DNA of 63,048 nucleotides, taken from the IMG/VR virus record IMGVR_UViG_3300049328_000002, positions 1-63,048 of that record, one strand, 5' to 3'. The notes under the pieces are model-generated. The model was not told where the DNA came from and did no database searches. It saw only the letters and a list, made by a program, of their open reading frames with translations. Shown piece after piece: positions 8,697 through 18,281 of this stretch. Position numbers and translations under genes: made by a program. The stretch comes from a virus. Taxonomy: Duplodnaviria > Caudoviricetes. The first letter of the stretch is position 1. The number at the start of each line of letters is the position of its first letter.

Positions 8697-10739
8697 ATGG
8701 CCATTCGCAGATACACCGAACCGCGGCCGGAAGCCGTGTTCGACGTTGAGTGTTACATCGACTATTTCATGATCGGCTTCCGCGACATCGAGCGAGGTCG
8801 CACGAAGGCATTCGAATTTTACGACGGGTGCGGCCTCGATCGGCCTGGCATCGCGAAGCTACTCCGTCTTTGGCGCCTGTTCTCGTTCAACGGCAATCGT
8901 TACGACATGCTGATGTTGGCGGCAGCGATGAACGGCTGTGACAACGAGCAGCTTAAAGACATCAGTGATCGAATTATTATCGGCGGCTTGACCCCCTGGC
9001 AGTTTGAAGAGAAATACGGCTGGTCTCTGCCTGGTTTCATAGACCACGTCGACCTGATCGAAGTCGCGCCGGGCGTGGCGAGCCTGAAAATCTACGGCGG
9101 CCGGCTGCACTCGAAGCGCATGCAGGATCTGCCGATCGACCCTAGCGCGAACATCGCGCCACACCAGCGCCCGGTGATGGTCACGTACAACGGCAACGAC
9201 CTGGCCACGACCGCGGATCTGCGTCACGAGCTGCGAGAGCAGATCGCGCTGCGCGAGCGCATGAGCGACGAGTACGGCATCGATCTGCGCTCCAAATCCG
9301 ATGCGCAGGTGGCCGAGGCTGTCATCAAGAAGCAGATCGAACAGGAGCTCGGGCGCAAGGTCTACAGGCCCGACATCGAGCCGGGCTCGTCGTTCAAATA
9401 CCTGGCGCCGCGCTTCATCACCTTCCAGACGCCGCAGATGCGGGCGTTGCTTGATGATGTGAAGTCGGCGTTTTTCACGATCAACTACGACGGCACGGTG
9501 AAGATGCCGCAGATCCTCGAGTCCGCGAAGATCGCGATCGGCGATGGCGTCTACCGCATGGGTATCGGCGGTCTGCACAGCTCCGAGAAATCCGTCAGTC
9601 ACTATTCAGATGACGAGATCGGGATATACGACCGCGACGTGGCCAGTTACTACCCGATGCTGATCCTCGGTACGCAGCTCGCGCCGAAGCATCTCGGGCC
9701 GGCGTTCCTGAAGGTCTACAAGGGGCACGTCGATGCGCGCCTCGAGTGCAAAAAGCGCGGCGACAAGGCCGGCGCCAACAGCCGCAAGATCATGGTGAAC
9801 GGCACGTTCGGCAAACTCGGATCGCCGTATTCGATCTTCTACGCGCCGAACCTGATGATTCAGGTGACGATTACCGGGCAGCTCGCGCTGCTGATGCTGA
9901 TCGAATTGCTTGAGCTGGCTGGCTTCGAGGTGATATCGGCCAACACGGACGGCGTCGTAACGCGCGTCGAGCGCCATCGGAAAGACGACTTCGACGCGAT
10001 CCTTTTCGACTGGGAGCTCGCGACCGACTTCACCACGGAAGAAACGCAGTACCGCAGCCTGCATTCGCGCGACGTGAACAACTACATCGCGATTCCCGTC
10101 GAGGGCAAGCCGAAAACCAAGGGCGCGTACGCCCCATCCGGGCCGGGTCTGCCAGCCTCGAGCGGCCTGATGAAGAACCCCGCGAACGCTATCAGCGTGG
10201 ACGCCGCGGTCGAGTACCTGAAGGACGGCACGCCGCTATACGAGACGATCGAGTGGTGCGACGACATCCGCCGGTTCGTGAACGTGCGCCAGGTGAAGGG
10301 CGGCGCCGAGCGCGAAGGCGAATATCTCGGCAAAGCGATTCGCTGGTACTACGCGGAGGGCGTGCGCGGCGGTATCCATTACGTCACGAACGGCAATTCC
10401 GTGCCGAGATCCGAGGGGGCGATGCCGCTCATGGAGCTGCCCGATCGCCTACCCGACGATGTCGACTTCGACTGGTACGCGCGCGAGGCGGACGGGATCT
10501 TGCGCGACGTGGGCGTGAAGGCGCCGAAGCTGATCCAGCGCCGCATGGAGATGCGCGAGGGTTTCGCGCTCGCGCGCCTGCCCGACGCGAAGAACATCCA
10601 CACGGTCGACCTGTCGACGATGGTCGGCATCTGCGGCCAGGAGCTGAAGGGTCGACACGATAAATGGGTCGAGTACGACGAGAAACCGAGTGGGCATCGA
10701 GAGTGCCCAAAATGTGTTCGCGCGATGGGTGGCCTGTAG
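8697..10739 (+). CDS. DNA polymerase, family B, with 3'-5' exonuclease and C-terminal Zn-finger-like extension
   Basis: Exo motifs FDVE, FNGNRYD, YNGND; Pol motifs DVASYYP, KIMVNGTFGK, SANTDG. Confidence 0.9.
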   Translation: MAIRRYTEPRPEAVFDVECYIDYFMIGFRDIERGRTKAFEFYDGCGLDRPGIAKLLRLWRLFSFNGNRYDMLMLAAAMNGCDNEQLKDISDRIIIGGLTPWQFEEKYGWSLPGFIDHVDLIEVAPGVASLKIYGGRLHSKRMQDLPIDPSANIAPHQRPVMVTYNGNDLATTADLRHELREQIALRERMSDEYGIDLRSKSDAQVAEAVIKKQIEQELGRKVYRPDIEPGSSFKYLAPRFITFQTPQMRALLDDVKSAFFTINYDGTVKMPQILESAKIAIGDGVYRMGIGGLHSSEKSVSHYSDDEIGIYDRDVASYYPMLILGTQLAPKHLGPAFLKVYKGHVDARLECKKRGDKAGANSRKIMVNGTFGKLGSPYSIFYAPNLMIQVTITGQLALLMLIELLELAGFEVISANTDGVVTRVERHRKDDFDAILFDWELATDFTTEETQYRSLHSRDVNNYIAIPVEGKPKTKGAYAPSGPGLPASSGLMKNPANAISVDAAVEYLKDGTPLYETIEWCDDIRRFVNVRQVKGGAEREGEYLGKAIRWYYAEGVRGGIHYVTNGNSVPRSEGAMPLMELPDRLPDDVDFDWYAREADGILRDVGVKAPKLIQRRMEMREGFALARLPDAKNIHTVDLSTMVGICGQELKGRHDKWVEYDEKPSGHRECPKCVRAMGGL

Positions 10740-11003
10740 ATGCGCGAGATCGAGATTGAGCGACCTGCCTCCCAGTACGCGCAACGCCGCGGCTGGTTCG
10801 AAATAAAGATTGAACGGGCCAGCCGGCGGGGATTCCCCGATCGGTTCTACGCGCGCCGCGGCCGTGTCGTGCTCGTCGAATACAAGGCCCCTGGCGAACC
10901 ACCGAGCGGGCAGCAAGCAATACGACATCGAGAACTCCGCGACGCTGGCGTGGAAGTGTTCGTGATCGACAACCTGGACGACGCCTATGAGCTGTTTCGA
11001 TGA
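10740..11003 (+). CDS. VRR-NUC nuclease (resolvase-like)
   Basis: GFPDR...VEYKAPG...QQ. Confidence 0.9.
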   Translation: MREIEIERPASQYAQRRGWFEIKIERASRRGFPDRFYARRGRVVLVEYKAPGEPPSGQQAIRHRELRDAGVEVFVIDNLDDAYELFR

Positions 11004-12582
11004 CATGATCGCCGCGCAATTCGCGGACGTGCGCTTCACGCGCGATAACCTGCATTTCTATCAGTTTGAAGAAGCGGTCCCGTTCCTTTACGAGAATCCG
11101 TTTTCCGCGCTCTTCATCGACATGGGCTTAGGTAAGACTATCAGCAGCCTGACGGTGATCGTCGATCTGCTATCGGACTTCGACACTGACGACCCTGTCC
11201 TTGTCGTAGGACCGCTTCGCGTGGCGACTGAGACCTGGCCGACTGAAATCGCATCGTGGGAGCACACCGCGCCGTTCACGTATTCGTTGATTCACGCGAT
11301 GGACGACGACCCCCGATTGAAGGATGCGCGTGACCGAGCTCGAGCGTACGGTCGGACGGAAGGTCTTAGCACAGCCGACATCAACAAAATGATCGGTCGG
11401 GCTGAGACTGCGGAGGGTGAGCGCATTCGGCGCGATGCGGCCGTGAGTCGCAAGCCGATCCATATCATCAGTCGCGACTGGCTCGAATGGCTGTGCAATT
11501 TCTGGAAGGGCAAGTGGCCGTATCGCACGGTAATCATCGACGAGTCGAGCAGTTTCAAAGATCACAATTCTGCCCGATTTAACGCTATAAAGAAGATTAG
11601 AAACACGGACGGTCTAATAACTCGGATGCACTTGCTGACTGCGACACCTGCGGCCGAATCGTACGAACATCTGTTTCCGCAGATCTGGTTGCTCGATCGT
11701 GGTGAACGCCTCGGTAAGAACATCACGAGTTACCGCAAGGAATACTTCGATTACAACCAATATTCGAGGAAGTACACCCTGCGATCTGGTTCTGAAGAAA
11801 AAATTCTCGAATTGATCAGCGACATCTGCCTGGTGATGAAGGTCGAAGACTATCTCGATCTCGAGAAGCCGGTCATCGTGCCGCGGCCCGTCCATTTGTC
11901 GGAGCAGCAGATGGCTCTCTACAAGGAGATGGAAACCGAGTTCGTTGTCACGCTGCCTGACGGCACGGAAGTCGAAGCTGAGACAGCGGCGGCGTTGTCG
12001 CAAAAATTGCTTCAGATGGCGTCCGGTGTGTTGTACGAGACCTACTTCGATGTTGATGTCGACACCGACGACATGAAGAAGGTTAAGCGCATCCACCATC
12101 TTCACGATCACAAGATCGATATGTTGAAGCAGATCGTCGAAGAGTCTCAGGGCGAGCCTATCCTGGTTGGCTATCATCACAAAGCATCGCTCGATCGGCT
12201 GAAAAAAGCGTTCCCGAAAGCGGTGGTGATGGACAAGGAAGGCAAGGTCATCAAGAAGTGGAACGCTCGAAAAATACCGATGCTGTTGATGCACCCGCAG
12301 TCCGGCGGTCACGGTCTGAACTTGCAGCAGGGTGGTCACAACATCGTGTTCTTCGACTTGCCCTGGTCGTTAGAGCTCTACCTGCAATTCATCGGTCGAC
12401 TTGCGCGCCAGGGGCAAACCGCCGTCGTTGTTGTGCAATTGTTGATATCGAGCGGCACGCTCGACGAGTTCGTGTGGCAGTGCTTGTCGGACAAGGAAGA
12501 CGCTCAGGATCGACTATTTTCAATCCTGAAACGCCTGATCCGGCGTCATCGGAGCCAGAAATCCCTACAGAACGCCGCCTGA
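10987..12582 (+). CDS. SNF2-family helicase
   Basis: DMGLGKT, DESS, LTATP, GHGLNLQ, QFIGRLARQGQ. Confidence 0.93.
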   Translation: MSCFDDMIAAQFADVRFTRDNLHFYQFEEAVPFLYENPFSALFIDMGLGKTISSLTVIVDLLSDFDTDDPVLVVGPLRVATETWPTEIASWEHTAPFTYSLIHAMDDDPRLKDARDRARAYGRTEGLSTADINKMIGRAETAEGERIRRDAAVSRKPIHIISRDWLEWLCNFWKGKWPYRTVIIDESSSFKDHNSARFNAIKKIRNTDGLITRMHLLTATPAAESYEHLFPQIWLLDRGERLGKNITSYRKEYFDYNQYSRKYTLRSGSEEKILELISDICLVMKVEDYLDLEKPVIVPRPVHLSEQQMALYKEMETEFVVTLPDGTEVEAETAAALSQKLLQMASGVLYETYFDVDVDTDDMKKVKRIHHLHDHKIDMLKQIVEESQGEPILVGYHHKASLDRLKKAFPKAVVMDKEGKVIKKWNARKIPMLLMHPQSGGHGLNLQQGGHNIVFFDLPWSLELYLQFIGRLARQGQTAVVVVQLLISSGTLDEFVWQCLSDKEDAQDRLFSILKRLIRRHRSQKSLQNAA

Positions 12583-12604
12583 AGGACTTAACTTAACGAT
12601 AGTT

Positions 12605-12619
12605 TCCACAAACGGTTGA
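12605..12619. promoter_or_regulatory. TCAAC-N5-GTTGA box upstream of the repressor-like gene
   Basis: TCCACAAACGGTTGA. Confidence 0.7.
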
Positions 12620-12662
12620 AAGTGTTACAGTCCGCCGACACACCCTTTCAGGAAGTAGTCGA

Positions 12663-13352
12663 ATGGGTTCAACAGCGGAATTTAGAAGACTGTTCGTTCA
12701 GCGGCTCAACCAGGCGTGCGACCTTTCGAAGCTGGTTCCGGAGCCACACCACGGGCGGCAAACGTACATTGCCGATAAGCTCGATGTGACGAAGGAGTCG
12801 GTCAGCAAATGGTTCAAGGGGGTGTCGGTCCCGAAACACGGGCTGATGTCAAAACTTGCTGACCTTCTCGAATGCGATCAGACATGGTTGGCGTTTGGCA
12901 TACAGGCAGAAATTTCTCGCTCCGAGCGCAGGATTCATGCGAACCGAGCCGATGGTGCTGTTCAATTGGTTTGGGGTTTGATAACCCTGGAAGGTGGCCA
13001 CTGCGGAGCGCCTTCAAAGAATGACTCCCGCAGGGAATACGTCGATTTTTATTGCACTTTGCGAGGTGCGATTTATCCTATTTATGTATCTCTCGCTCGT
13101 GAAGTTTCCAAACACCGCTACGAAGCGATCCTGCCAAAAGAATACGAAGAGGTGCGGACCATCGCCGTCGTCCCTGCCGGCGTAGGTAGATACCACTTCC
13201 TTGACATGCAGCTCTCGAAGATCCAAGAGCACAAAGCCCGCAAGGGTGGATCTGTCGTCGTGGGCTTCAATCGCGCGGAAAGTGAGAAATATACAACAGG
13301 TAGCGACACCTGGCCGCGGATTCGATCTTTCATTGATTTGACCTGGCAATAG
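12663..13352 (+). CDS. XRE-family HTH regulator (repressor-like)
   Basis: QTYIADKLDVTKESVSKWFKG...LADLLECDQTWLAFG. Confidence 0.85.
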   Translation: MGSTAEFRRLFVQRLNQACDLSKLVPEPHHGRQTYIADKLDVTKESVSKWFKGVSVPKHGLMSKLADLLECDQTWLAFGIQAEISRSERRIHANRADGAVQLVWGLITLEGGHCGAPSKNDSRREYVDFYCTLRGAIYPIYVSLAREVSKHRYEAILPKEYEEVRTIAVVPAGVGRYHFLDMQLSKIQEHKARKGGSVVVGFNRAESEKYTTGSDTWPRIRSFIDLTWQ

Positions 13353-13462
13353 ATCGTTCAGTATGTTTTTCCGGGCTGTCGGCGCACTTCCTCGCGCCGA
13401 CACAGGGACCGGGGTGGCGATCATGACGGTCTGCCGCCCCAGCATTTCCCTTGCCTAAAAAT

Positions 13463-13477
13463 TCAACCGTTTATTGA
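13463..13477. promoter_or_regulatory. TCAAC-N5-GTTGA box upstream of the packaging operon
   Basis: TCAACCGTTTATTGA. Confidence 0.65.
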
Positions 13478-13545
13478 TTCATTGCGGTTTATGCTGCGCT
13501 GCCTCTTCCTGTGCGTGGCGGTTTCGCGATATATTCAATGAATAT

Positions 13546-13788
13546 ATGGCGATTAAGACGAAGAACAAGGTGCTGATCGACTTCGAGTCCCGCGTGGATC
13601 TCGGGCCGACGTACGCCGCGAGACTGATCGGCATCGCCTATCCCACCTATGCGGCCTATCGCTCCGGCAGCCGCGAACTCCCTGACTATCATCGCAATCA
13701 CGTTCAAGCGCTGCTGCTGCTCGCGCCGGAAGTGTTGAGCGATCTCAAAGAGGAACATGCCTATGGCAGCGCGCTCAGACAGTCTTGA
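13546..13788 (+). CDS. Small HTH DNA-binding protein
   Basis: PTYAARLIGIAYPTYAAYRSGSR. Confidence 0.75.
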   Translation: MAIKTKNKVLIDFESRVDLGPTYAARLIGIAYPTYAAYRSGSRELPDYHRNHVQALLLLAPEVLSDLKEEHAYGSALRQS

Positions 13789-14314
13789 CCAGGAAAGCCG
13801 CGCGATGATCTTCGAAGGTTGCAACCTGTCGGAGTTGGGTCGCATCTTCCATATGGATCACCGCGTTCTCGTAGAAAAACTGCACGGCGTATCGCCGTCA
13901 GGAAAGCGCGGCAAAGGTGAAACCTATTTAATTCACGAGGTCGCTCCCTACCTTGTGAAGCCGATTCAGGACATCGAGACGTACATCAAGCGGATGAATC
14001 ACGCTGATCTGCCGAAGATGCTCACGAAGGAATTTTGGGCAGGTCAGCGGTCGAAGCAGGAATATCTGCTGAAGGCCGGCGACCTGTGGCCCACCTCCGA
14101 GGTTGTAAAGAATGTCGGCGAGCTGATGAAGCTCGTGGCAATGAGCGCGAAGTTGACGCGAGACACCGTTGAGCGCCAGGTCGAGCTGACCGATCGCCAG
14201 CGGGCAATCATCACTACGCAGATGGATGGAATGTTGCGCGACCTGCGCGCACAGGTCATCAAAACTTTCGGACAAGATCTGACGGTTGCTGAAGTTGAAG
14301 ACGACGAGTTATAG
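13757..14314 (+). CDS. terS: Terminase small subunit (DUF1441-like)
   Basis: N-terminal winged HTH and coiled coil; immediately before the large subunit. Confidence 0.85.
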   Translation: MPMAARSDSLDQESRAMIFEGCNLSELGRIFHMDHRVLVEKLHGVSPSGKRGKGETYLIHEVAPYLVKPIQDIETYIKRMNHADLPKMLTKEFWAGQRSKQEYLLKAGDLWPTSEVVKNVGELMKLVAMSAKLTRDTVERQVELTDRQRAIITTQMDGMLRDLRAQVIKTFGQDLTVAEVEDDEL

Positions 14315-16364
14315 AACGGTCGGCGATATTATCGTCGCCCTGGCGGATCTTATCGAACCGCCAGAACGCATCTCGGTTTCCCAGGCCGCGGAAAAATATC
14401 GCTATGTGAATCAGCCGGGCGCCTACGTCGGCCCCTGGTTGAACGACACGGTGTCGTACATGGTCGAGCCGATGGACACGTTCGCGTCCCCGGAATTCAC
14501 CGGGCTGATATTCGTGGGGCCTGCGCAGAGTGGCAAGACCGACAGCTTGATCATTAACGCTGTCGTCTACGCTGTAAAGGTCGACCCGCTCGACATGATG
14601 ATCGTGTCGCCGTCGATGAGCGAGTCGCGCGACTTCTCAATGCGGCGTATCGATCGCCTAAACCGGCACAGCGAAGAGGTCGGTGTGATGTTGGTGCCTG
14701 GCGCCGACCACGACAACACGTTCGACAAAACCTACGTCAACGGCATGCTGCTCTCGCTAACATGGCCGACGCCGAGCACGCTTGCCGGCAAACCGATTGC
14801 GCGCGTGGTTATCACCGACCGCGACCGCATGGACGACGATATTGGTGGCGACGGGGAAGTGTTCGACCTTGCCTCGAAGCGGAACACCACGTTCGGCTCT
14901 TATGCGATGACCGTGGCCGAGTCCTCGCCGAGCCGCGGCGTTGAAAACTTAAAGTGGATTCCGCAGACGCTGCACGAGGCACCACCGGCAGGGGGCATCC
15001 TGTCCCTGTATAACAGGGGTGATCGTCGTCGATGGTACTGGGCGTGTCCGATCTGCCAGCTGTACTTCGAAGGTCGGTTCGAAATGCTGACCTATGACGA
15101 CTGGCATGGTGCGACGAACCTCGATCGCGCTGACACGGTTCGCATGGTGTGCCCGCACTGCGCGCACAAGATCCATCCAGACGATCGCGAGGAAATGCAG
15201 CGTTGGGGTATATGGGTCCGCGACGGCCAGGCTGTCGACAAACATGGTCGACTATTCGGCCCGAAGCCGCGGACGCTGATCGCTTCGTTCTGGTTGCGCG
15301 GTGTCGCTGCTGCATTCACGAATTGGAAGAAGCTGGTTGCCCTGTATCTCGACGCGATGGATGCGTATAGCCGCAATGGTTCAGAAGAAGCGCTGAAGAA
15401 ATTCTACAACAACGATCTCGGCGAGCCGTACTATCCGAAAGCTCTGCAAGAAATGCGTCTCCCTGAAACGCTGAAGGCTCGCGCTGAGAAGTTGGAAGAG
15501 CGAAAGGTTCCGGCAGACGTGCGTTTCCTCGTTGCCACGGTCGATGTGCAAAACAACTGGTTCGTGGTGCAGGTGTTCGGCATCCTGCCTGGCCAGCCGT
15601 TCGACACGGTCGTCATCGACCGCTACGAGGTCCGTAACTCTAAGCGCACCGATGATGATGACAATGCGCTGTGGGTGAAGCCCGCCACCTATCTCGAGGA
15701 CTGGGACGAACTGGTCGAGCATGTCATCGAGAAGGAATATCCGCTCGATGACGATTCGGGCCGCGTGATGCAGATCAAGATGGTGGGCTGTGACTCCGGC
15801 GGTAAGAAGGGTGCGACCACGATGGCGTACAACTTCTATCGCAAACTGCGCGAGAGCAACAAGCATCGCAGGTTTATCTTGCTGAAGGGCGACCACGTAC
15901 CGAACCAGCCGCGCACGCGCATCAGCTACCCGGACAGCAGCCGGAAGGATTCGAAGGCCGGCGCTCGAGGCGACATCCCGCTGCTTCTCCTGAACTCCAA
16001 CATGCTGAAAGACGACCTCAACGGCCGCTTGGACTGCATCGAGCCGGCGAAGGGGATGTACCGGACGCCGGACTGGTTGTCCGACTCGTTCTACGGCGAG
16101 CTGTGCAGCGAGGTGCGTACGCCGAAGGGTTGGGAGCACACCAGCAGCGCCCGAAACGAAGCCTGGGATTTGAGCTATTACTGCATCGGGCTATGCGTTT
16201 CTGAGCTGATTCGTATCGAGCATATCGACTGGTTGAACCCGCCCCGGTGGGCAGCGCCGTGGGATCAGAACGACCTGGTCCGCACCCCCGAAGAGGGGCG
16301 CAGGTTTACAGGCACTGCCGAAGGGAACTATGATTTCGCAAAATTCGGGAAAGCCTTAGCCTAA
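14286..16364 (+). CDS. terL: Terminase large subunit (lambda GpA family)
   Basis: GPAQSGKT, SSPS, GDRRRWYWACPIC, TVDVQ, DSGG, RNEAWDL. Confidence 0.95.
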   Translation: MLKLKTTSYRTVGDIIVALADLIEPPERISVSQAAEKYRYVNQPGAYVGPWLNDTVSYMVEPMDTFASPEFTGLIFVGPAQSGKTDSLIINAVVYAVKVDPLDMMIVSPSMSESRDFSMRRIDRLNRHSEEVGVMLVPGADHDNTFDKTYVNGMLLSLTWPTPSTLAGKPIARVVITDRDRMDDDIGGDGEVFDLASKRNTTFGSYAMTVAESSPSRGVENLKWIPQTLHEAPPAGGILSLYNRGDRRRWYWACPICQLYFEGRFEMLTYDDWHGATNLDRADTVRMVCPHCAHKIHPDDREEMQRWGIWVRDGQAVDKHGRLFGPKPRTLIASFWLRGVAAAFTNWKKLVALYLDAMDAYSRNGSEEALKKFYNNDLGEPYYPKALQEMRLPETLKARAEKLEERKVPADVRFLVATVDVQNNWFVVQVFGILPGQPFDTVVIDRYEVRNSKRTDDDDNALWVKPATYLEDWDELVEHVIEKEYPLDDDSGRVMQIKMVGCDSGGKKGATTMAYNFYRKLRESNKHRRFILLKGDHVPNQPRTRISYPDSSRKDSKAGARGDIPLLLLNSNMLKDDLNGRLDCIEPAKGMYRTPDWLSDSFYGELCSEVRTPKGWEHTSSARNEAWDLSYYCIGLCVSELIRIEHIDWLNPPRWAAPWDQNDLVRTPEEGRRFTGTAEGNYDFAKFGKALA

Positions 16365-16367
16365 AAG

Positions 16368-16402
16368 TCCACAAACGGGTGACTGCTTCCACAAACGGTT
16401 GA
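16368..16402. promoter_or_regulatory. Tandem TCAAC-N5-GTTGA boxes (20-bp period) before the head genes
   Basis: TCCACAAACGGGTGA at 16368; TCCACAAACGGTTGA at 16388. Confidence 0.75.
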
Positions 16403-16421
16403 CGACCTTGAGAGTCTGTAA

Positions 16422-16652
16422 ATGGCGATGAGCCCGCAGGAAGTGCAAACGAAACTGACCGAAGCGCGTGCTGCGTATCACCAGCTCGCGACCGGAACGA
16501 TGGCTCGCGTCTTCGTTGACCAGAACGGCGAGCGCGTCGAGTTTGCCGCTGCGAATGCCGGCCGGCTGTACCAGTACATCCTCGAACTCGAACGCCTGGG
16601 CATGCCGCCCTGTGGCGCACCTTCCAACGGACCTGCGGGATTCATCTTCTAA
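16422..16652 (+). CDS. Head-tail joining protein (gpW-like)
   Basis: EARAAYHQLATG...DQNGERVEF...LYQYI; between terminase and portal. Confidence 0.9.
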   Translation: MAMSPQEVQTKLTEARAAYHQLATGTMARVFVDQNGERVEFAAANAGRLYQYILELERLGMPPCGAPSNGPAGFIF

Positions 16653-18281
16653 GTGGGCGCCTCGTCGAAAGTTGAAGTAACTACGGTGCAGAAACTGGCT
16701 CTTGGTGGCGGGATCGAGGGTGCTGATCGCACATCGCGCGAACTGTTCACCTGGACGCCGCCGATCATTTCGCCGGACCAGCAGATAAACCCGAACAAGG
16801 ATATGGCCGATGCGCGCGGCCGTGACTCCGTCCAGAACGATGGATACGCGCTCGGCGCGATCCAGACGCACCGGGACAGCATCGTCGGTTCGCAGTACCG
16901 CGTAAACGCGCAGCCCGACTTCGAAATCCTCGGCGCCGACGAAGCGTGGGCCGAGGAATTCCAGAAGGTCACGGAGTCCCGCTTTAACCTCCTGGCCGAT
17001 AGCCCCGATGCCTGGTTCGATGCGTCTCGCCGGAACACGCTCACCGAGATGATCCGCTTGGCGATCGGCGGCTTCATGATGACCGGCGAAGTGCTCGCGA
17101 CCGTTGAGTGGGTCCGCAAGCAGATGCGTCCGTTCCGTACCGCGATCCAGATGATCGCGCCTGCGCGCCTGAGTAACCCCGACTTCGCATCGGACGATCG
17201 CTTCCTGCGTCGTGGCGTTGTACGTGATGTCTACGGCGCCTCGCAATCCTATTGGATTCGCAGCGCGCACCCTTCCGAGATATACGACGAGACTTCGTGG
17301 TACTGGAAAAACATCCCGGCGACGAAGCCTTGGGGTCGCTTGCAGGTCATCCACATCGTCGAGCAGCTTCAGCCGGATCAGACGCGCGGCATCGCCGACA
17401 TGGTTTCCGTGTTGAAGCAGATGCGGATGACGCGGAAGTTTCAAGACATCGTGCTTCAGAACGCGGTTGTGAATGCAACGTACGCCGCGGCGATCGAGTC
17501 TGAGCTGCCGAAGGAAATGGTGTTCGGCGCGATGGGCGCTGGCCAGGCCGGCTTCGCCGAGATGTTGAATCAGTACATGACCGCGCTGACGGAGTACGTC
17601 AAAGGGTCCGACAACATCGCGATCGACGGCGTGAAAATGCCGCACCTGTTCCCCGGCACGAAACTCAATCTGCATCAGATGGGAACGCCGGGCGGCGTGG
17701 GCACGGAGTTCGAAGAATCCTTGCTGCGCCATACCGCCGCGGCGCTGGGTTTGTCGTACGAGCAATTCAGCCGCGACTACTCGAAAACGAATTACAGCTC
17801 GGCCCGCGCCAGCATGGGCGAGACGTGGAAGTACATGCAGGGCCGCAAGAAGGTTGTCGCCGATAAGCTGGCGAAGATCGTTTACGTGCTGTGGATGGAA
17901 GAAGAACTCAACGCCGGCAATCTGCCGCTGCCGCCGGGCAAGACGAAAGACATCTTCTATGACCCGGTCATGCGTGAGGCGCTGACCGCGAGCTCATGGA
18001 TCGGCGCGAGCCGCGGACAGATCGACGAGCTCAAAGAAACTCAGAGCGCGATCATGCGGATCAAATCCGGCCTGTCGACGTACGAGATCGAGTGCGCGCG
18101 GCTCGGTGAGGACTTCCGCCGCATCTTCAAACAGCGTGCGCGTGAAGACCGCATGCTGAAAGACCTCGGTCTCGTGATCGATCTCAACGCGACCAAGCCG
18201 GGCCAGAACGACCGTCAACAGACAATGACCGACGACGATGATGCTGACGACGACGGTTCGAAAAAAGGAGCCGAGAAATGA
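16653..18281 (+). CDS. Portal protein (lambda gpB family)
   Basis: QTRG, SYEQFSRDYSKTNYSSARAS, IDELKE. Confidence 0.95.
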   Translation: MGASSKVEVTTVQKLALGGGIEGADRTSRELFTWTPPIISPDQQINPNKDMADARGRDSVQNDGYALGAIQTHRDSIVGSQYRVNAQPDFEILGADEAWAEEFQKVTESRFNLLADSPDAWFDASRRNTLTEMIRLAIGGFMMTGEVLATVEWVRKQMRPFRTAIQMIAPARLSNPDFASDDRFLRRGVVRDVYGASQSYWIRSAHPSEIYDETSWYWKNIPATKPWGRLQVIHIVEQLQPDQTRGIADMVSVLKQMRMTRKFQDIVLQNAVVNATYAAAIESELPKEMVFGAMGAGQAGFAEMLNQYMTALTEYVKGSDNIAIDGVKMPHLFPGTKLNLHQMGTPGGVGTEFEESLLRHTAAALGLSYEQFSRDYSKTNYSSARASMGETWKYMQGRKKVVADKLAKIVYVLWMEEELNAGNLPLPPGKTKDIFYDPVMREALTASSWIGASRGQIDELKETQSAIMRIKSGLSTYEIECARLGEDFRRIFKQRAREDRMLKDLGLVIDLNATKPGQNDRQQTMTDDDDADDDGSKKGAEK

